In this document: piece by piece, positions 59,108 to 64,000 of the stretch
Layout: every line of letters starts with the position of its first letter
Numbering within the stretch: position 1 is the first letter of the stretch
Assembly (NCBI GenBank): GCA_020631975.1
Contig: JACKGO010000002.1
Location: 71,218 to 135,217, forward strand
Origin: Candidatus Nomurabacteria bacterium
GTDB lineage: Bacteria > Patescibacteriota > Saccharimonadia > Saccharimonadales > CAIOMD01
Direction: 5' to 3'
Length of the DNA: 64,000 nt
Translations under genes and position numbers: made by a program
The notes under the pieces: model-generated
The model's input: the letters and a program-made list of their open reading frames with translations, nothing else
Databases searched by the model: none
What the model was told of the DNA's origin: nothing

Positions 59108-59473
59108 TTATTTTTCTTCTTTGGCTTCTTCTTCTCTTTTGGCGTGTTTGGCACGCGCAGCCTTGATGCTTTCTGCCTTTTTAATAGCTTTTACATCTGG
59201 CTTGGTTATAAGAAAACGAATTACCTCGTCGGTAATATTTAAGGTAGCTTCTACCTTAGTAACACTCGTAGGTGGCATATCTACGCCATAAAAAACGTAC
59301 ACTGCCATATCATGCCCCTTGATGTTATAGGCCAGCTTACGCTTGCCCCAGTTGTCTTCTGTTGTTACTTTGCCGCCATTAGTCTTTACAATGGCCTTGA
59401 CCTTATCGGCTGCTTTGTCTAGATCTATTTCAAGATCCGGATCATACAAAATTGCCAGCTCATAGCTGTTCAT
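59108..59473 (-). CDS. rpsF: 30S ribosomal protein S6
   Basis: 121 aa, beginning MNSYELAILYDPDL...WGKRKLAYNIKGH. It is in the canonical rpsF-ssb-rpsR order. Confidence 0.92.
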   Translation of the reverse strand: MNSYELAILYDPDLEIDLDKAADKVKAIVKTNGGKVTTEDNWGKRKLAYNIKGHDMAVYVFYGVDMPPTSVTKVEATLNITDEVIRFLITKPDVKAIKKAESIKAARAKHAKREEEAKEEK

Positions 59474-59574
59474 AAATAGAACTCCTTCCGTTGGCTTAAT
59501 TATCGCCTACGCGCCCTATTGGCCGTAAGCTGAAGTTAATAGTAGAGCTAGTGTACCAGTTTTACCTCTGTTAG

Positions 59575-60434
59575 TCAAGCAGCTAAGCGCTCTTTGGCGC
59601 GTTTAGATATCGTTGCAAAGTAATCTTCTTGTCTTTTATGGGTAATTGATTTAATAACTTTGACTGGTGTTGTAGGATGATGCTCGGGTAATAGACCAGA
59701 ATTTCTAGAAAGTTTAAATGCAGGAATAATTGGAGCAGTTGCCTTGTCTAAATATGCGCTAATAACCATCATGCCAAAGTGTCTTTTGGTTTCTTGATCT
59801 CTTTCTTCTAAAAATTGCTCTAGTAATTCTGCAGACTTTTGCAAAACCCATGTCCATTGCTTGCTGCATAAAAAGTATCCACGACGCGCAAAGTAATTAT
59901 CTTTACCATTAACTTTGTTAATATCTTGCTCTGGGAATACTCGTGAGCTTAGCATAGTCTGTAATGCTTTTTCGCCTAACCTAACTATAGAAGGTGTGCG
60001 TCTGCTAACATCTACTGCATATTGCGGAACTATATCTGCACACGCCATAATTCCAATAAAGAATTTCTCTTCGTCTGTATCTGGTAAATATGAAATCCCA
60101 TTACTGAATGCTTCAAAAAGCTTTGGTGTAGTACCTGGGCGCTCAGTAACCGCGAATGCCTGACAACCCTACCACCCTGTCCTTGTAATAAAGCGTGAGT
60201 ATTCCAGTGAAATATGTGATGATTATCGTCAAAATCATTGCGATGTCATACCCAGGATGGTTTCTCTGATGGCGCAATATGTAATGGAATACCCGTAATC
60301 TGGGTCTTACAGGAAAAAACCCATTGCGTATTTCTTCTTCCCATATATCGATTGGTGGTGATTCTATAGATTGCACCACTATGTAATTGGGTTTATGTAG
60401 GAATTATCCACTACTTTTTCCGTAGGTAATCTTT
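59575..60434 (-). pseudogene. disrupted gene of unknown function (two or more frame changes)
   Basis: The ATG at 60434 is preceded by GAGGAG and reads MQSQRLPTEKVVDNSYINPIT-stop. The reading frame then continues in another frame (ORF 60143..60379). It continues again in a third frame that is open from about 60160 into ORF 59575..60048, with no start codon upstream of Met-1 of that ORF. Confidence 0.5.
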
Positions 60435-60753
60435 GAGACTGCATATTATACACTCCTCTTTTTTATTTGTACTCAGCTATCAAAAAAACGCCTTTGCAGT
60501 TTTTGCATTGGCGCTTTTTGAAGTGCGAGCCTGTACGTATTGTGCTTAGTAGCCAGCAAGTAAAGGTGTTAAGAATCATCACCATATGATGCTGCATACG
60601 CTCACGCTCCTTTTTTTGATATTTGCGTACCTATTTTCATCATAGTACCGCCGTCGTAAAAGTACAAGTGTTTTATATAAATCATTCCTTATTGTGGAAT
60701 AAACAGCTTGTGCTTTGCTATAATTGTGTTTGAAAGCAGGTGTAAACACAGAT

Positions 60754-62880
60754 ATGATGCCTAAATTGTACGAGGCAATCGAAGCTCTCGTAGCACAAGG
60801 GGTGCCCAGCCAATATATTCCGAATGCGCTTATTCAAGCTGGATGGCCACCAAACCTTGTAAACCAAGCCGTCGATGCTTGGATGGTTACGCATGGCAGA
60901 AAGTTGCAACGCACAGATTTTAAAAATTGGGTGAAGAAATATCACCGTATGGCACTACCAGCTGTAGGAGTAGTTGTGTTTATCAACCTTATTGCCGATG
61001 GTATTGCCCTACTTAAGCCATGGCCTCTAAAAATATTGGCAGATTCTGCCTTTGGTGAAATAGCAGCACCAGGCCCACTAGAGCCATACACACATACACC
61101 AACACTTATTTTAATACTATCGCTCATAAGCATTGCCCTGTTTATCTTGGGCGCCTTATTTGGCTACGTACAAGATTTTTTGTTACTTAAAATTGGCTTT
61201 TGGCTGAACCGCGGTATTAAAGCAGAATCATTAAACCATATATTACATTTACCCCTGTTTCATCAAGAACGTCTAGCTAAGGGAGATTACGTTTATCGCC
61301 AGAATATTGTGACGAATAGTTTGTCTGACTTAGTGCTCGCATCTACTTCTTCAATAATTGGATCAATCCTTATGATAATCGCTATTTTGGTCATTATGCT
61401 AAAATTTAGCGTTACACTTACCTTATTTGCCGTTATACTTATTCCGTTTTTGTTCTTGACTATGAAGTTAGTTGGGCCAAAACTCGGCAAATATAATCAA
61501 GCCCTAAACGAAATTGCATCTGATACCGCTGCTAAAGTAACTGAATCGGTAGACAATGCAGAAACTGTTCAAGCCTTTACCCTAGAGCGAAAACAACTGG
61601 CGAACATCAACAAGCTGTGGGAAGTTGGATATCTGTTCACACGCAAAAGCATGGTGTGGGGTAAAGTGCTAGAAGATGGCAATGGCCTGTTGATAATTAT
61701 CGCAACATCAGCTGTTATGTTCTTTGGCGGCTCTGCAGCCTTACGGGGTGATATTAGTTTTGGTGATTTACTAGTCTTTATGACGTATATGGGCTACTTA
61801 CTTAACCCTGTGCAAGAACTGGTTAGCCAGGTTACTTCACGCAATAAAAAACTTATAGATGTGCACCGAGTATACGAAGTTTTAAGTGATCATGAAGGCA
61901 TAGAAAACTTACGTAAAGATAGCTTGCTACCACCGCGCCTAAGCGGCATCGTACGGTTTGAAAACGTTAGCTATAGCTACAAAGACAACTTAGTGCTAAA
62001 TAACGTCAACTTCACCGTTAATGCAGGTGAAAAAATAGGTATTATTGGGCCAAGTGGTGGTGGTAAAAGTACAATTTTAAAGCTTGTACCGTTATTTATA
62101 GAACCAGATGGTGGGCGTGTGCTCATAGATGAGTACGACACGCAAACAGTATCGCTACACGATTTACGAAAGCGGATCGCCTGGGTGAGCCAAACACCAC
62201 AACTATTTGACGGTACGATTCTAGATAATTTATACGACGCCGATATAGACAGACAAATAACCAGCGACGAAGTTGTAGATGCGCTCGATGTTGCCAACGT
62301 AACAGAGTTTGCCGTTAAGCTACCGCTTGGGCTAGATACACCTACGGGTGAAAATGGCGGTAGCCTAAGTGGTGGTCAACGTCAGCGCGTAGCGATTGCG
62401 CGTTCACTACTACGCGGATCGCCCATTATTTGTCTTGACGAGCCAACAGCTGCACTTGATGCAAAAAGCGAAAATTATATTAAAGATTCACTCAGCCAAA
62501 TGATTCAGGGCAAGACCGTTATGATGGTGACGCACCGTAAAGCACTACTCGCTCTTATGGATACGATTTATGTACTAGAAAACAGCACGCTTACAAATGT
62601 TAATGAACTTGGCGGGCTAGATGCATATTTGGCTAAACTAGAAGGTCTAGAAATAGAAAATGCACAAATAGACAATGAACACATAGAACCGATTGCACCG
62701 ATTGGCGGTGGCTCTGGAGGTGTACCAGAAGTTACAGATGTAGATAAAGCGATTAACGATGCCTTGGCCACAGTTGATGATACTCCGCCTATAGCAACCA
62801 ACAACGACGAAACACTAAATGACACCGTGCCAACAGAAACAACAGACAATGATGGTACGCTACGGATAGATCATCACTAG
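60754..62880 (+). CDS. ABC exporter, fused permease/ATPase (MsbA/ABCB-like) with extra N- and C-terminal regions
   Basis: It has six TM helices, Walker A GPSGGGKST, signature LSGGQRQR and Walker B ICLDEPT. An extended -10 (TGCTATAAT, 60716-60724) makes the TTG at 60724 unlikely as the start. ATG 60754 is preferred. An acidic Thr/Asp-rich C-terminal tail of about 90 aa is present. Confidence 0.85.
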   Translation: MMPKLYEAIEALVAQGVPSQYIPNALIQAGWPPNLVNQAVDAWMVTHGRKLQRTDFKNWVKKYHRMALPAVGVVVFINLIADGIALLKPWPLKILADSAFGEIAAPGPLEPYTHTPTLILILSLISIALFILGALFGYVQDFLLLKIGFWLNRGIKAESLNHILHLPLFHQERLAKGDYVYRQNIVTNSLSDLVLASTSSIIGSILMIIAILVIMLKFSVTLTLFAVILIPFLFLTMKLVGPKLGKYNQALNEIASDTAAKVTESVDNAETVQAFTLERKQLANINKLWEVGYLFTRKSMVWGKVLEDGNGLLIIIATSAVMFFGGSAALRGDISFGDLLVFMTYMGYLLNPVQELVSQVTSRNKKLIDVHRVYEVLSDHEGIENLRKDSLLPPRLSGIVRFENVSYSYKDNLVLNNVNFTVNAGEKIGIIGPSGGGKSTILKLVPLFIEPDGGRVLIDEYDTQTVSLHDLRKRIAWVSQTPQLFDGTILDNLYDADIDRQITSDEVVDALDVANVTEFAVKLPLGLDTPTGENGGSLSGGQRQRVAIARSLLRGSPIICLDEPTAALDAKSENYIKDSLSQMIQGKTVMMVTHRKALLALMDTIYVLENSTLTNVNELGGLDAYLAKLEGLEIENAQIDNEHIEPIAPIGGGSGGVPEVTDVDKAINDALATVDDTPPIATNNDETLNDTVPTETTDNDGTLRIDHH

Positions 62881-62882
62881 CA

Positions 62883-62918
62883 TTAAAGACCTACCACGCA
62901 TGTCTAGTAGGTCTTTAA
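62883..62918. terminator. bidirectional terminator hairpin
   Basis: TTAAAGACCTAC (62883-62894) pairs with GTAGGTCTTTAA (62907-62918). Confidence 0.7.
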
Positions 62919-62938
62919 GTTTACAGCAACCGTTAGAT

Positions 62939-64000
62939 TATCTATTTTTCTTTTTCTTGCCTGGTCCGTCGTTGTCTTGTTTTTTTGGCTTATTTTGTTG
63001 AGCATTAACGAGTGCAGCTGCTTGTTCACTTTACATCTTACTGAGCCACCCGTCTTGTTTGAAGTTTTCTTTAGATATTCTACCGCTAAATCATTTCACG
63101 TTGGTCTTGTTTGCTGTCTATTTGTGCTTTTAAACTTCAGCTTGTTTGGCTTCTTTACGGCTTATTTCACCGTCTTTACCAGCAATAGATTTAAATGCTT
63201 TGAGCTCTTTTTTAGGCTAATTTTCATTATCGTTTAATAGAATCTACCATCTTGTAGGCTTTTGCTTCTGTGCGCTTAACGGTGCCAGATTTCCATCAAC
63301 ATCGGCCACTGCTACAAATTCTTTACGCTTGCTTTCTATGCCAACAACCCCGTCTTTGGTACGATCAGCAGCATTTAAAACAGTTTGCTCTTTTTTTGCT
63401 CACCGTTCCATCCGCATCCAGATAGGTGCAGGCCGATCTGCAGCCATAAGCACTTGTGATTTTTGCGCTGCCTCACTAATGCTCACATCATGACCGCCAG
63501 CTCCACTGGATCTGTCTTGCCCATAGGTGCAGGCGACCTTGACGTCCTCTGGACGTTGTCGTAGAAACACCGCCTGTCCCAGGGATGACCATTGCTGTTT
63601 GCAGGAACTTGCGATGCTCCTGGTGTTCCAGGGTCCTTTTCACCCGCAGTGCTAACGCCAGCTGGACGGCTGTCTTTACTAAGACGCTTCAACACTGCAG
63701 ATCAGTGTCCGATTATGGTGACCAGTGATAGGCCACCATCTTTTTGCAGTTTTTAACCTCTACCCAAAATGGGATACCCTGTTCTCATTTTTTACCATTT
63801 TTAACTTTAATTATCATTGCCAGGATTTTTTAGTTTTTAGTAATACCTGTCTACAGCATTCTGGAATCTTCTGTACCGGTTGCATTAAATGCCAAGTTAA
63901 CGAGTGCAGCTGCGGTTCAGTACTGCACTGCCATTTGCACCGCCCAAAAAGCTTGCTGTTGTGCTTTTGATAGTTCTTTAAATGGTTTTGTCTGACCATC
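62939..64000 (-). pseudogene. degenerate minus-strand coding remnant with D-x-D-G-type repeats (runs off the window end)
   Basis: Minus-strand translation gives protein-like stretches, including KELKAFKSIAGKDGEISRKEAKQAEV, YLDADGNGEQKK, AADRTKDGVVGIESKRKEFVAVADVDGNL and SEQAAALVNAQQNKPKK...stop at about 62939. These are interrupted by TAA, TAG and TGA stops and by frame changes. No intact ORF over 90 aa exists in any frame. Confidence 0.45.

Noticed and set aside
63003-63925. Diversity-generating retroelement template/variable repeat pair
   Set aside because: The shared sequence is only 17 nt with no extended A-biased mismatched alignment, and no reverse transcriptase is in the window. It cannot be excluded beyond position 64000.
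62939-64000. Alternative genetic code (e.g. UGA reassignment as in some CPR lineages) to explain the in-frame stops
   Set aside because: TAA, TAG and TGA all interrupt the frame, and about 80 other genes in the window read cleanly with the standard bacterial code and end at all three stops.

Overview
This is a 64-kb segment of an AT-leaning bacterial chromosome; a hand count of a typical coding line gives about 40% GC. The gene content fits a reduced, monoderm-like Patescibacteria/CPR genome, most like Saccharibacteria (TM7). That assignment is an inference from gene content, not a database hit.

The window starts inside a minus-strand 16S rRNA. It then carries a core block:
- gyrB-gyrA, comM/yifB and infC-rpmI-rplT (infC starts at AUU)
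- RNase P RNA, rpmB, murT-gatD, miaA, an ATL protein and thrS
- nrdR, ndk, uppP, ychF, tlyA, efp and rpsF-ssb-rpsR
- six tRNAs, all with encoded CCA

A roughly 14.6-kb minus-strand type IV pilus locus lies at 33.9-48.5 kb. It contains a PilX-like gene, three minor pilins, pilD, a major pilin, pilC, pilT, pilB, a small TM gene, pilO, pilN and pilM, plus a 922-aa secreted protein. No secretin gene is present.

Points worth a second look:
1. pilC is broken by four single-base frame defects while every other pilus gene is intact.
2. Two GC-rich islands (about 48.6-49.6 kb and 53.8-56.1 kb) encode secreted proteins. The second holds an IS481-family element with intact inverted repeats and a 6-bp target duplication.
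3. The tRNA-Pro locus has exact partial tRNA copies on both sides and an ORF-free GC-rich block of about 360 nt.
4. Several promoter-plus-terminator bounded non-coding units are present: 25.46-25.69 kb, the thrS leader, and the 860-nt 12.08-12.94 kb spacer.
5. A 22-bp exact direct repeat brackets a PaaX-like gene next to a Xer-type recombinase.
6. A TraD/VirD4-like ATPase sits beside an LPXTG surface protein.
7. A phd-doc module overlaps ychF.
8. A stop-riddled repeat region closes the 3' end of the window.

No CRISPR array was seen.
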